Below, one piece after another: positions 50,082 to 61,780 of a DNA stretch of 64,000 nt (its first letter is position 1; each line of letters opens with the position of its first letter). The stretch covers positions 941,933 to 1,005,932 of the forward strand of contig ML996692.1 in NCBI GenBank assembly GCA_010356995.1. Reading direction: 5' to 3'. The notes under the pieces were generated by a model. That model searched no databases, had not been told where the DNA came from, and worked only from the letters and a program-made list of their open reading frames with translations. The translations under genes and the position numbers were made by a program. The stretch is from Trichodelitschia bisporula. Its lineage: Eukaryota.

Positions 50082-50669
50082 CCTCGGTCCAAGGGTTGTG
50101 GCTTTCGTAGGGGGATAGTCTAGGATGATGGTTGATGGCGGGGGGGGTGTGTGGTGGGAATGCTTGACCCGCCGCCTATGGAGAAGTGTTGACAACAGCC
50201 GAGGTTCGGGCGACCGCAGGCCTGGGGAGTCCGGAGAAGACGAGGAGCGAGATCCGGGGCACCACGGGGAACACGGGGAAGCGGATAGCTCGATGTGGAG
50301 TCTTCGGGAGAGCTTAACGGCTTGGGTCGCAGGCTGGAATGGTATGAGGGAGTATTTTTGCTATCTTGGGGTTCTCTGAAGTATTTATCTTCGTCTGCTT
50401 TGCTGGTCCCTCTTGCGCCATCGCCGCACATCGGAGCTCCCTTAAAACACTCCCAAACATGCGAACATCCGGCTCCCGAGAGCCGCAACACCGACATTTC
50501 ACAACTGCAACATGCTAAATTCAGCCGAATAACAGGGTCATATGCGATGGAATGCATCACGTCGACACTTCACTGGGCATGCGACAACTCATGTGTCCTT
50601 TGTCTCACTTCTTTTTGAAAGAGCTGATGTTGGGCTGTCGCATGCAGGAGCGTTGCTGCTTCACCGAGG
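50082..50669. promoter_or_regulatory. Three CCTCGG/CCGAGG motifs (FarA/FarB-type fatty-acid response elements) in the CAT2-MDH1 divergent promoter
   Basis: CCTCGG 50082-50087, CCGAGG 50199-50204 and 50664-50669. CCTCGG is the established FarA/FarB (Ctf1) site for fatty-acid utilisation genes. Confidence 0.6.
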
Positions 50670-50934
50670 CCGAAGCCGTTGCTTCGGCATCGCGGCTAAA
50701 TGCCGATATCCCAAAAGCACTCGCTCCGGCTCTCTGCTCCGATCAGCGAAACCCTCATCTGGGGTTATTCCGGATAGACAGGCCTTTTATTGGCCATAAG
50801 CATGGCTTCTGGAAGCCTTTGGTCTCAGATGTCAACGTTTTAGTTTGCGGTGCAGCGGATGTGGGGGTTGATGCGCCATCTTTAGGACAGTGACGTCGCT
50901 TCATGAAGAAGAAGAGGCAGAAAGGGTAGCTCTT

Positions 50935-50935
<1 letters not shown>

Positions 50936-50971
<36 letters not shown>
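50936..50971. repeat. (GA)18 microsatellite
   Basis: Direct reading. Confidence 0.97.
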
Positions 50972-50973
<2 letters not shown>

Positions 50974-51432
50974 GAGGTCTCGGTGATGATTGAGATGGCT
51001 CGCACGACGATGCAGACGGAGTACGGGCTGATGCTGTGACCGTGAAAGCAAACCGTTATTTCTCATACATAGCTTCGTCTCGTTGAGCCCATACTTGGCA
51101 GCCAGATGAAGCCAGAATATATCTTAGCTTCACTGCAAAGAGTAATCGCAAAAACATCGAGCATTAAAACGCGCACGCCATCGCGGCAAAAGAAGTTCTC
51201 GTGATGTGAGAAATCGACAATTTCTTGGGTGATTGCCGCGCGTGTCCGCAAAAGCCCGCACAAATTGCGGGTAACGATGGCGCACGGACGCAAAGTGTCT
51301 CGCTCTTGCCAAGGCGGTGAGCACCGGCGAGAATCAAGCAAAAGCCTCAATTGTCTTTTCCATTTCCTCTTCTCCCAAACATAACCACCACCTCCCCTAT
51401 TGCTCTCCCTACAAACGAACATACTCGCCATC

Positions 51433-52748
51433 ATGTTCGCCGCCCGTCAAGTCTTCGGTGCTGCTCAGCGCCGTGCATTCTCTGCCTCCGCCCGCGCCGT
51501 AAGCTCTTCCCAATATCTGGCAACGTCAGAAACGAACGCAGCGTGCACTCTTGCAATTGCGCCGCTCCGAACGTCAGCACAGCTAACCCACTGGTGCAGA
51601 ACTCCAAGGTTACCGTTCTCGGTGCTGCCGGCGGTATCGGGCAGCCGCTTTCGCTGCTGCTGAAGCTAAACCCTCGCGTGTCTGAGCTTGCGCTTTACGA
51701 CATCCGTCTCGCTCCCGGTAAGAACATCAATTGCGCCCGGTTAGAGCCTCAAGATCACTAACTGCTCACAGGCGTCGCTGCTGATGTCGGTCACATCAAC
51801 ACCAAGTCGACGGTATGCTCGCTTACCCCGCATTTGGTGGCCGGTTCTCACGAAAGCAGGTTAAGGGCTACGACCCCACAAACGCCGGCCTCAGGGATGC
51901 TCTTACTGGAGCTGAGATCGTTATTATCCCCGCTGGCGTTCCCCGCAAGCCCGGGATGACCCGCGACGGTGAGTGTGCATGCTCTAGCCAATGCTCCGTC
52001 TAACATTTCAGATCTGTTCAATACGAACGCCTCGATCGTCCGTGATCTCGCCAAGGCGGCGGCCCAGTACTCCCCGGACGCCAACATCCTGGTGATCTCG
52101 AATCCGGTAAGGTGCCCGCGCGGCTTGTAGCTTCCCATACTGACCCGACAGGTGAACTCCACCGTCCCCATCACGGCCGAGGTGTTCAAGTCTTACGGTG
52201 TCTACAACCCGAAGCGCCTCTTCGGTGTTACCACCCTGGATGTCGTCCGCGCGTCACGTTTCATTAGCCAGCTCAAGGAAACTGATCCCGCTAACGAGAA
52301 CATCACCGTCGTTGGCGGCCACTCCGGCGCTACCATCGTCCCCCTGCTGTCTCAGTCCGGCTACAACCTGGAGGGCGAGAAGCTGGATGCGTACGTGCAC
52401 CGCGTGCAGTTCGGCGGTGACGAGGTCGTTGCGGCCAAGGACGGTGCCGGCTCTGCCACCCTTTCCATGGCCATGGCTGGTGCGCGCTTCGCCGAGTCGC
52501 TGCTGAAGGCTGCCCAGGGCCAGAAGAACGTCATCGAGCCCACCTTTGTTGACTCTCCTCTGTTCAAGGACCAGGGTTGTGACTTCTTCGCCTCGAACGT
52601 TGAGCTCGGCCCCAACGGTGTGGAGAAGATCCACCCCGTTGGCAAGATCACCGACTACGAGCAGAAGCTCCTTGATGTCGCCGTTGGAGACCTGGCGAAG
52701 AACATCAAGAAGGGCGTCGCGTGGGTGAAGGAGAACCCCGGTAACTAA
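51433..52748 (+). CDS. MDH1: Mitochondrial NAD-dependent malate dehydrogenase; exons 51433-51498, 51600-51717, 51772-51812, 51860-51968, 52012-52106, 52152-52748
   Basis: Presequence [81 protein letters not shown]. Five canonical introns. Confidence 0.97.
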
Positions 52749-53427
52749 ATGTTACTGTAGGGGTGTCTGGCATTTCGGCCTGTTCATACATCGACGGGAT
52801 GTTGAAGGGACAGAAATGCGTGTGTGTTTCTGATTGACACTGTTAGCGGGATCTGCTGGTCATGCTGGGTCTAGTGAATAGAGTCTTTCGGGAGTCCAGT
52901 CTGGTGTTGTTGCGTGATTCGTAGTGATGTGAAGTGCCAGTGCCGGCATGTACTCGACATATTCTTTCATTCTACCCAACCCCAATCAGCCCTCTCCCGT
53001 CCAGCCTGCAGCCAACGTTTTCGTTGCTGTCCCAGCCAGATGGTAAGAAAAAGCCAAGCTCCTCCACAGCCTCGTTGGCGGCATGTCCTTGCAGATCATC
53101 TCCACATCCACATCTCGACCTCTATTCCAGCCTCGCCATCGCAGGCCTCCAGTTAACGGGACGAACTAACCGCGCTCAAGCTCAGGCGGACCAAAAGCCG
53201 CTCGGAATATCACAGTTTCGGCCTAGACACGTATCCAGCTGCCACACCACAAAGCAAAGGCGCCTATCGCACTGCTTCACGCACAGCATCGGAACGTCAA
53301 GTCGATCGCAGAGAAGAGTACATCATGTAGCTATCCTAACGCCCGTACCACCACTCCCGTATCCACGTTTTACCCTCCCCAGCGTCCAGCGCCGAGTACC
53401 CTCTCCCTGTCCCTCAACCCTAGGCAT

Positions 53428-53737
53428 CTAAATCGCCACCACCCCCGCTGGCCGCTCATACTTGGAAATGATATACCACGAATCTGCCCGTACGTTAGCA
53501 CCCCTCCCCCATCGGCTTCAAGCAGGGACGTACGCAAAACCCCAGGCAACCACCCCAAAATACTCAAGCAGATATTAATCAGAAAATCCGCACCGCAGCC
53601 GCGCTTCAGGAACACGGGCACGGGAGGGAGGATCAGGCCGAGAAAGTAGAGGAGGACGTCGGACTGTGGGTTAGGTGGTTAGATCGGCAGTGGGGGGGGG
53701 CGGGGGGACGAACCGTTGAGGACGGTGGCTCGGACAT
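53428..53737 (-). CDS. PMP3: Pmp3/RCI2 family plasma-membrane proteolipid (69 aa); exons 53737-53714, 53663-53534, 53483-53428
   Basis: MSEPPSSTSDVLLYFLGLILPPVPVFLKRGCGADFLINICLSILGWLPGVLHSWYIISKYERPAGVVAI; both introns carry CTAAC branch points. Confidence 0.92.
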
Positions 53738-54368
53738 GGCTTCTTTTGCTGCGGGGCGTGGAATGGGGTAGAATGGGGTATAATGCGGAGTCTTGGAGTC
53801 TTGGAGGCTTGGAAGCTGGGGAATCTGCGGTGCACCCTCCGCTTTAATGCCGCGGTGTAATAAGGCGAGGTTGGGCGAGTGACGTCAGATGCTTACGCGG
53901 GGAGTTGGTTGGTGGGCTGGGATATTGAGGGGGAAGGCTGAGTCAGCGATTCAACATGGTCGGCCTGGGATGCGGGGGTGGAAGCTCGTGGCGGGCTGCC
54001 GATTGGGATGGTTACATTTACCGTAATGTGTGGAAGTTGGTGTGTGGTGGGGATGAGTTGATATCGTGGTCGAGGGAGGGTGGGGATCAGCCCACGCATT
54101 GAGCTAACGGCTTGTCCTGCGGTATCGAGGACGGTGGGAGGTAGAGCTACGGTAGGGAGCCACCACGAGGCCGTAGGGGATCAACGCCCAAGGGGCCTTC
54201 GAGGCCATTATCCGCCAGACACGATGTGAGGACCCCGGTGTGGGTTAGGTGTTTCCCCGTATTCGCACAACGGCGGGGTACGGTAGCCCAGGGGGTACGC
54301 GCAGGCGCGAACGCAAGCACAAATATCATGACCACATAAACAACTATCTCCCCAACCTCGCATATCCA

Positions 54369-54616
54369 CATGCCCACGCCCCCACAACCCTACAATCAAC
54401 CAGGACCAGGTATCTCCCGAACGCCCCCCTCCCCTCCCCCCCCCCCCCCCCCCCGGACTCGGCCCCGCGCCCGCAAACTTCATATTCNNNNNNNNNNCAT
54501 GCCCACGCCCCCACAACCCTACAATCAACCAGGACCAGGTATCTCCCAAACACTACCGTCCCCAGTTCCCCTCTCCCCTAAGCGGACTCGGCCCCGCGCC
54601 CGCAAACTTCATATTC
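54369..54616. other. Scaffold gap (10 N, 54488-54497) flanked by a 119-bp duplicated overlap
   Basis: 54369-54487 and 54498-54616 are the same sequence except that the left copy degrades into poly-C in the middle. Confidence 0.92.
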
Positions 54617-55643
54617 GCACTGTTACCGGGACTACTCATGAAGAGCAGCGTGTCGACTGCGTCTTTCTCCGCCTGTTGGCTCGGCATCCGCAGCGGGCGC
54701 CCGGGCGTCCTGGGCGACCCCGCTCCAGCACCGTACCCGTAGCCCCCTGAGTAGCCGGGCTCGTACTGCGGTGCTGAGCCCGAGAAGCGCCCCATGGCTG
54801 AGTCGTATGATGGGCGCTGGGCGTGGCCGCGGCGTGGAGGGTCTGAGGCGCCGGGGAGACGGGGCGGTTGCCGGGCGTATGTGGAGTGGGCGCGGCGGGA
54901 GCGCGGGCCGGAGGGGAGGGGTTGGGGGTGGTAGCTCCCTGGCGGGGCGCGGCCTCCTGAGTAATCGCGGGCTCCTGGGTCCGGGGATGATGCGGTGATA
55001 GCGCTGAGTTTCTGCGCAGCATTGAGCCAGCTAGGGTTTTGGTGCGGGGAGAACTGGGGAAAGGGCTGGGGTGGTGAGGCAGGGGAGAGGAAGATGCGGT
55101 CTGCGGGGTATGCCGACGTAGGGCGGGGTGTTGTGCTTGGTGGGTTGGCGATGTAGGGCGAGGGGGTGGAGGGGGTGGTGCTTGTTGTTGTAGGGAGGGA
55201 TTCGAGTTCGCTGATTGTTGAGCGTTCCCAGCCGTGTTGGACTTTTACCATGGCGTATGAGAGTCGTGTCTTGAGGGCCGAGGAGAGCTGGCTTGTTAAT
55301 CGCTGCCAGAGTGTGGTGTTGACTTGCATACCTCCGCCACCTGGACTGCGCTTCGCTCGCCGTCTGCCTTCACTACGCCGCTTGCCGTGCGTTTTGCACC
55401 CTTCTTGAGTGCGGCGACATCGCGCTTTGGCGACGGCGTCGTCGAGACCCGAGCTGTCGTTGGTGGTAAGAGTAGCTCTTCCCGCCGCTCGGCCACAACC
55501 TCCCCACTCAAGCCTAAACCCACGCCCACTTCGCCGCGACTCGCAAACGAGGAGGCGTCCGACCCCGACCCCAGGCTCTGCTGCGACGACGACGCAGAGC
55601 CATTCCCCAGCGCGTCGGGGAGTAATTCGCGTACCATACTCAT
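54553..55643 (-). CDS. Whi5/Nrm1-family G1/S transcriptional corepressor; exons ~55643-55332, 55287-54553 (start could be 55637; 3' end lies beside the gap)
   Basis: GTB motif LSSALKTRLSYAMVKVQHGWERSTISELE, C-terminal AEKDAVDTLLFMSSP, GAKRTASG, many S/TP sites. Intron 55331-55288 (GTATGC..TTAAC..CAG). Confidence 0.85.
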
Positions 55644-55848
55644 CAAACTCTCAAAGGCCGTCTCGTCCTCAGGCAGCAGCTCAACCTTCGCCGTCAAATG
55701 AACCTCAAACACGTCTCAAACCCACAGATCCCAAAGTCCACAAGGTAAACCAGCAATCCGCACCGGTAACTGCGCGCACAATTAGCCTCTCCTGTTCCCA
55801 AAGCCGCGATACGTGTCGAGGATGTCCAAACCCGCGCTTCGCCACTCA

Positions 55849-56176
55849 CCGCGTCACCCAACGCGTCTCACACACGCGTCCCGCGACCCCGTTTCACGCG
55901 CGACACACCTCGGCCACGTTCCGCCGCGCGCTCTGCTCCACCGACAACACGGCTTGAACAGCCCCTTTCCCTTCACGCGAAAAACGCGCTTCCGTGTGCG
56001 CGAGCCGTGAAAGCGGGCACTCGCGAAGCGGGGCCTAGTTAGCGGAGGGAGCACAAGAAAGCGGGCGGTGCGCGCGGGCCAAGTGCTCTCCGGCCGCGGG
56101 GAGCGATAGGACGAAGAAACACTGGAGAGAGCGAGGCAAGTAGGAATAAGGAGCAGATACCAAGCAAGACACGCGT
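55849..56176. promoter_or_regulatory. MCB/SCB-like element cluster upstream of the Whi5/Nrm1-like gene
   Basis: ACGCGT at 55861, 55874 and 56171; CGCGAAA at 55976; several further ACGCG/CGCG cores. Confidence 0.7.
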
Positions 56177-56752
56177 ATGAGGCGAAGGGAGTTTTTCTCG
56201 TCTACTGTAAGGCAGCGGTGGGAGGTGGTGTGCGGTGTTCGGGACGACAAAGAGGCGATTCTCGACCGGAAGAGCGTTGAGTGGAGTTGAGTGGGCCGCA
56301 CGGACTGGCAAAGGCGCTGCGGGCGGCGCGATGTCACGCGCGTGGCTGGGCGGCTTGTGGCTGATCAAGACGGGTGAGCGCTGGCGGGCCGGGCCTTGTC
56401 CGCTTTCGGGGACGGGAAGATGAGCGGTGGCGGCGGATGGCCGTTGAAGCTGAGGAAAAAAGGAATATGGTGCAGGGCGTCGCGTCGTGCAAACGAGACT
56501 CGACTCGAAGAGGGATTCCAAGATTACACGACGTGAAGAATTATCGTGCAGAATTGTCATGCAGGATCGTACGTGAAGAATCCGGTGCAGAAAACTGAAA
56601 TAGGGATGAAGAAATTGATGCAATAGGATCTAATGCAGAATCCAATTGATCACAAGAATGGTCCACAAATTTAACAGCCTAAACCCCAGCTCAACTAATT
56701 AGCTATCACGTCACTATCTACTATCATGTCTATCCTGTTCTGTTCCCCACAA

Positions 56753-59700
56753 TCAACCCCTCCGCGGTCTCTTCCCCCCACCACCACCCCCACCCCCTTC
56801 CTCACTCCACCCCTTGCGCTTCTTACCCTCGCGACTCCAGAACTCCTTCTTCTCCCTCTTCTCGCGCTCCGACCGCTTCTCTTCGTTCTCCTTCAACTTC
56901 GCCTTGAACCCCTCGCGCCGCGCACTCTGCGCCACGCGTCGCTTCTCGTCCTTGTCGCGCTTCAGGGTAAGCAGCTGCTGCATGAGATTGCGCGCCTTGC
57001 GCTCCTCCTTGTCCGCCACCACAGCACGCTTCTGCATGTATGTCTGCGTCTTCTGTTTCCGCGTCACAACGGGCTGCGTCTTGAACGGCAAGTCCTCGGC
57101 CAGCTTGCGCGGCACACGCAGCGGGTTAAAGTGCCGCTCTTGCCGCACCACAGGACGATACGTCGAGTTCTTGTCCATTGGAGTCGGGATGCCCTCGGCA
57201 CGTCGTACCTCGCCCGTCAGCCGCATGCCGGCCCATCCATCGCCTTTGCCCGACGTGTCAAGCAGGTTGGTAACAGCGCTGTAGAAGCGGTGCGGTTTGA
57301 CTGGGTACCACGCACGCAGGAAGACGATATCGCTCATGAGCGGCTTGTCCTCGAACGTTGCACGGAAATGGCCGTCAGGCTTGCTGAGCGCGCGCTTGAT
57401 CTGCCCACGAATGCCAGAAACTGTCCTGATGCTCGCGCCTTCGAACTTGGCGATTTCGAGCGCCGTGCTGAACATATCCTTGATAAAGGCCGTGTTCTTG
57501 AAAATCTTGTACGGGTGACCCGTGAGCTTGAGCTTCTTGACAATCTCCACTGACTCGTCAACGCTGAGCACAAGGCCTGTAGCTGCGATCCGGAAGCCCG
57601 GGTTCGTAGCCGAGAACGACTGCACGGCGCAGAAGGGCGTGCTAGGCGCAGCAAGCGGTCCGTAGAAAGTCCCAAAACAATGCATGTGCTCAGGCGTGTA
57701 CTTGAGCATGCGATTGCGCGTACGCGAGTCCGAGATAGAGTAAACGGGCATCGTCTGGAAGCGGCGCCAGCCCAGTGAGATGATGAGGGGATCATTCGTC
57801 TTGAGGATCTTCTTGTGCCAGCGATGACGTTTGATGCGTACTTGAACGAAGCCAAAGCGCTCTTCGGTCGGGGTGAGTCCGCCGATGATGATTGGGTAGC
57901 GCGAGTTGAAGCCAGCGGAGAACTCGTAGGGTACAGCCTCGAGGATGATGCGAACGTACGTGCCAGCTTTGTACCCTTCAACGCGGATGCGCGAGCGCTC
58001 GTCGAGGGCATCGAACTCGGCCCGATTGATAGACTGTTGCTTCTCTAGAAGCGCCTTCTGGCCTTCGTACCACTCGTCCTCGCCAAACTCGTCTCCACCA
58101 CCGCCATCTTTCCGCGCATTAGACTTGTCGTTCATGAAGCCCTCGCGGTCTTCCTCTTCGAATCGCAACTTGAGCTCTTCTTTGCGGCGCGCATTTTTCT
58201 CGCGTTCGGCTTCGAGGGTTTTGGCTTCCTCGTCTTGTTCTCCGTCTTGCTCTCCATCCTCCTCGTCTGCTCCAAACTTCTCGCCAGTCTCGAGATCCTC
58301 AAAGTCGCCATCGCCCACGTCTTCCTCATCACCGTCCGAGCCCTCCTCATCCTCGTCACTTCCATCCCCAGACCGCCCATGTAACCCTCCGGCAGCGATG
58401 CGCTTCCGCAAGGCTTCAAAGTTCTCGGGGTCTGTCCATTTTTTCTCCAGCTCTTCGTAATCGTAATCAGGAATCATGCGATCGTCCTGCTCCGCAGCCG
58501 ACTCCTTAGCCTTTCTGAAGAACTCTTCCTCGTCCTCGACTTCCGCCTCCTCGTCCTCTTCCCCTCGCCACCGCTTCAAGACCTCGGTCGGTGTCAAGTT
58601 GTCGTCATACAAAAGTCGCGCGAGCTCTCCTGTCCGATATGGCCTCTTGCGGCCGTGAAGCTTGCGTGCATTCTCAGCAAGGTTTTCTTTCCAGCGCAAT
58701 GCGCCATCGTCATCGTCTTCATCCTCTTCAAAGGCATCCTCATCAACCTCATCATAGGCACCCTGGTCATCAGAATCTTCCTCGTCAAAGTCCTGGTCGT
58801 CAACCGATGACACAGAGCCTAGATCAGAATCACTGTCCGCAAACGCAACATCGCCCTCGACATCCTTATCGGCGTCCTTAGTAGCACCAAGGGAGTCGAA
58901 CTTGGGCATTTCCGCATCTTCAGGGTCAATGTCCTCGTCGCTTCCACTTGCGTACGCCTCATCCTCGGCTACGTTCTCGTCTTCCTCCTCCTCCTCCCTC
59001 TCAGCGAACCTGGCTTTACGCTTGTGTTTCCGCCCTGAATCGGCTTCTTGCACAGCGCTAGGATCAATGGCCTCGCCTTTCGTAAACAGCCGAAGCCCTG
59101 CATCATTCTGGCCTAGTAGTCTCCGCTCACCCTGCAGGTTGACCACCAGCTGTTCGCCCAGGCCCCGCTCCTCCACATCGTCATCAGCGTTGAAATTTGT
59201 ACTCTTAACGTCAATGTACACGGCGTCCTTGTCCACCAGAACGCCACCAACGTCTGACATGGGCGCGTAGAGCACCTTTTGCTTCTCGCCTAGTCGTTTC
59301 CGGTGCGTTTTGCCTGTCACCTTCGACACGGCCTGGTCCTGATAGGGTGTTGGACACGGGTCAGGCAGCGCCTCGATCTCCTTGACGCTCAAGTCGCCCA
59401 CGCCTGGTAGGTGCACACGGGCACCTTCGGCAGCAAAGTTTACTCCTCCTCGTAGATAGCCGTATAATGCGATGGTGCGATCGCATTTCGGGTCCTCCTC
59501 TATGGCAGTAGGAGGAGTGATATCCAGAAAACGATCGGCAAGGCAGTATGGATGGCTTTGACGGAAGATAAGCGGGCGCGGCTTCTTCATGACCGACAAG
59601 AAGCGTGACATATTGAGAATCTCGCGGTCGGGATAGCGGCCATTGACGACGCCGGAAAGGTAAAATAGCTTCGCGCCCTGGTATAGCTCCGACCAAAAGC

Positions 59701-60409
59701 GATGCTTGAGGCGTTTCTTCTGCGTCTTCAACTGGTCCTGCTTCTTGAAGAGATCCAAATGGGTCAGAATGCCAAAAACGTTGCCGGGCATGCCGCTCGA
59801 GCTGAGGATGTTGAGAAACTCCATCGTCTCCATCTCAAACCCGTAATTGCCATCAATCATCAGCAAAAGTATGTCCACCACCTTGGCCGTGTCGACCATG
59901 CTTGCTAACGAGTCGGACGGGCATTCGATGAAGGTAAGGCGGCGGCGCTTCGATGTGACGACAGTGAGCGGGCCCGTGGGCGAAGAGAGTGTCTGCTTAG
60001 TGTAGCGGCGGATAAGAGACTTGATGAGTGTGGTTTTGCCGACCTGCGTATGTTAGATGGTCCTGTCGACGAAGGATGGGCATAACGTACGCCTGGAGGG
60101 CCGACGACGGCAACGACGAGCGGTGGGGGCTCCTCCGGAATGCGGTCGACGAGCGGAACATGTAACCGCTTCTCGCGGACCTGTAACTCTCTCAGTATAC
60201 TCTCCGTCAACCGTATTGTCAACGTACATCATGTGAGCGCGACGCGGTCTTCTGCAGGCGGCCGGGATTCGCAAAGGCAAAGGCTTTAGGATTGCGCTCT
60301 GGGGGCCGTTAGTCGTGCACGTCACGACAGGCAAAGAGCAAAACGTACCTCCCGAGCTAGCCTTCTTCTCCTTTCCCTTCCTATGGGGGCGATTGACTTG
60401 TTCCGACAT
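56753..60409 (-). CDS. BMS1: Ribosome biogenesis GTPase Bms1; exons 60409-60349, 60298-60228, 60180-60091, 60043-56753
   Basis: RNPKAFAF, KRLHVPLVDR, P-loop GPPGVGKTTLIKSL, GFEMETMEFLN, RIKRHRWHKKILKTNDP, RMLKYTPEHMHC. RRPE-like GAAATTTT about 55 bp upstream. Confidence 0.97.
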
Positions 60410-60605
60410 CGTTGGTGAGCGGCACAAAAGTTCCCGCGATGCTTTAGAAGAGAAGTTTCAAAATTTCTCGATGATCCCTGTTCAGCCACTCGACGCCAAG
60501 ATTTCGGAGGTGCACCGCCGTAGTGGAGTCTGGGGTACGGTATTCTCCCTCACGACGACCACGACTACCATCACCATCATCGTCATCATCGTCACCACCT
60601 TCGGC

Positions 60606-61127
60606 ATGTCGACCTGTACCCAAACTGCTAGTCCTCGTACTGCTTCTTTTATCGTCAAAACCAAACAGTCGACGATGGGAGTCCCATTTACCTACCTCTC
60701 CTCCGCCGAGCCACTCCCAACCTTCCAACGGCGCGAATTCCTCACCGGACAGCGCTTCAGTAACCTTCCTATTGCTATCTTTCGCCGAATTCTCGACTTC
60801 CTTCCAGGTGATTCAGTTCCAGAATTCGCCCTTACCTGTCAGGCTACGCATTTCATCTTCGATACTTACGTTACGGAGCTTCCACTGGCCTCCTCTAGAG
60901 GATTTTACGTTCGGATTGATGATTTGGGAGTTGCTAGATAGACAGCAAGTTTTTCTGAAATCGACAGCTGTCCGTGTTGCCAGCTGTATCCCTCACACAC
61001 CGCCTGCCCATACACCCCGCTACCTAGTTCAAGTCCAACAATTGGAGGCCCAGTAATCTGCCCAATTTGGCGACGAGCTATCAAGTATCCCACCATCCTC
61101 TCCTTGCAATCCGTCTGCACGAAGTAA
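60606..61127 (+). pseudogene. Interrupted F-box domain gene (in-frame TAG at 60939-60941)
   Basis: FSNLPIAIFRRILDFLPGDSVPEFALTCQATHFIF fits the F-box pattern. The same frame resumes after the TAG with SCPCCQLY and closes at 61127. Confidence 0.55.
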
Positions 61128-61780
61128 GCTCAAAAGCCGTCTTAAATCTTTTCACACGAAACGTTCCCAACCTTGAGCAGCCTTGGCCCTCAGACGGGGG
61201 TCCGGGACCTTGCGTACCGCAGTACTCGGCTCACCATAATCGTATGCCTAAGTGAGAGGTGAGGCTGGCGGTCAAGCATTGCCGGGTCATGCAGCCAAGG
61301 ACGAGATGTTCGGCATTAGGTAAGGTCAGGCCCGAATGCTTGGGTACTGCAACAAAATGCTTTGCTGGTGGCTACGTCAGGATGACCGTTAGGGAGGCAG
61401 CTGTAGGAAAGGCCTTTGTCTGACTTTTGGAACATGACAGACGGTTAGATGCCGAGTAGAAGCCACCTGGGCCCAAAGACTCAGCCTGACTGAAAGAAGT
61501 GAAGCCTGTGTTGTTGTCGTCGCTGGACATGTGACGGGTAAATAGGTGTGGATTGGGAGGCACGGGAAGGACTGGAACGCCGACCCTAGAAACCCTTGCA
61601 CGGCCGAGCCACGCCCTTGAGCCATGAGGTCGAAACGTCAGGGCTGCAACAAAACTCACCACAAACCCCACAAACCCAACGCCTTCGGAGCTTTCTCTCT
61701 CGTCCTATGACACCTACCACCACTGCGTCCTGTCCAATGTAGCATAACGAATTGCAGCCTATCCCGCACCACCACCCACC

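Noticed and set aside
52746..52760. Stop-codon readthrough creating cryptic PTS1 on MDH1 (also checked PhyH and Gfo/Idh/MocA genes)
   Set aside because: No TGA-CTA context, and the readthrough extensions do not end in an SKL-like tripeptide.
54208..54750. ORFs and apparent tandem repeat spanning the N gap
   Set aside because: Products of the duplicated contig overlap.
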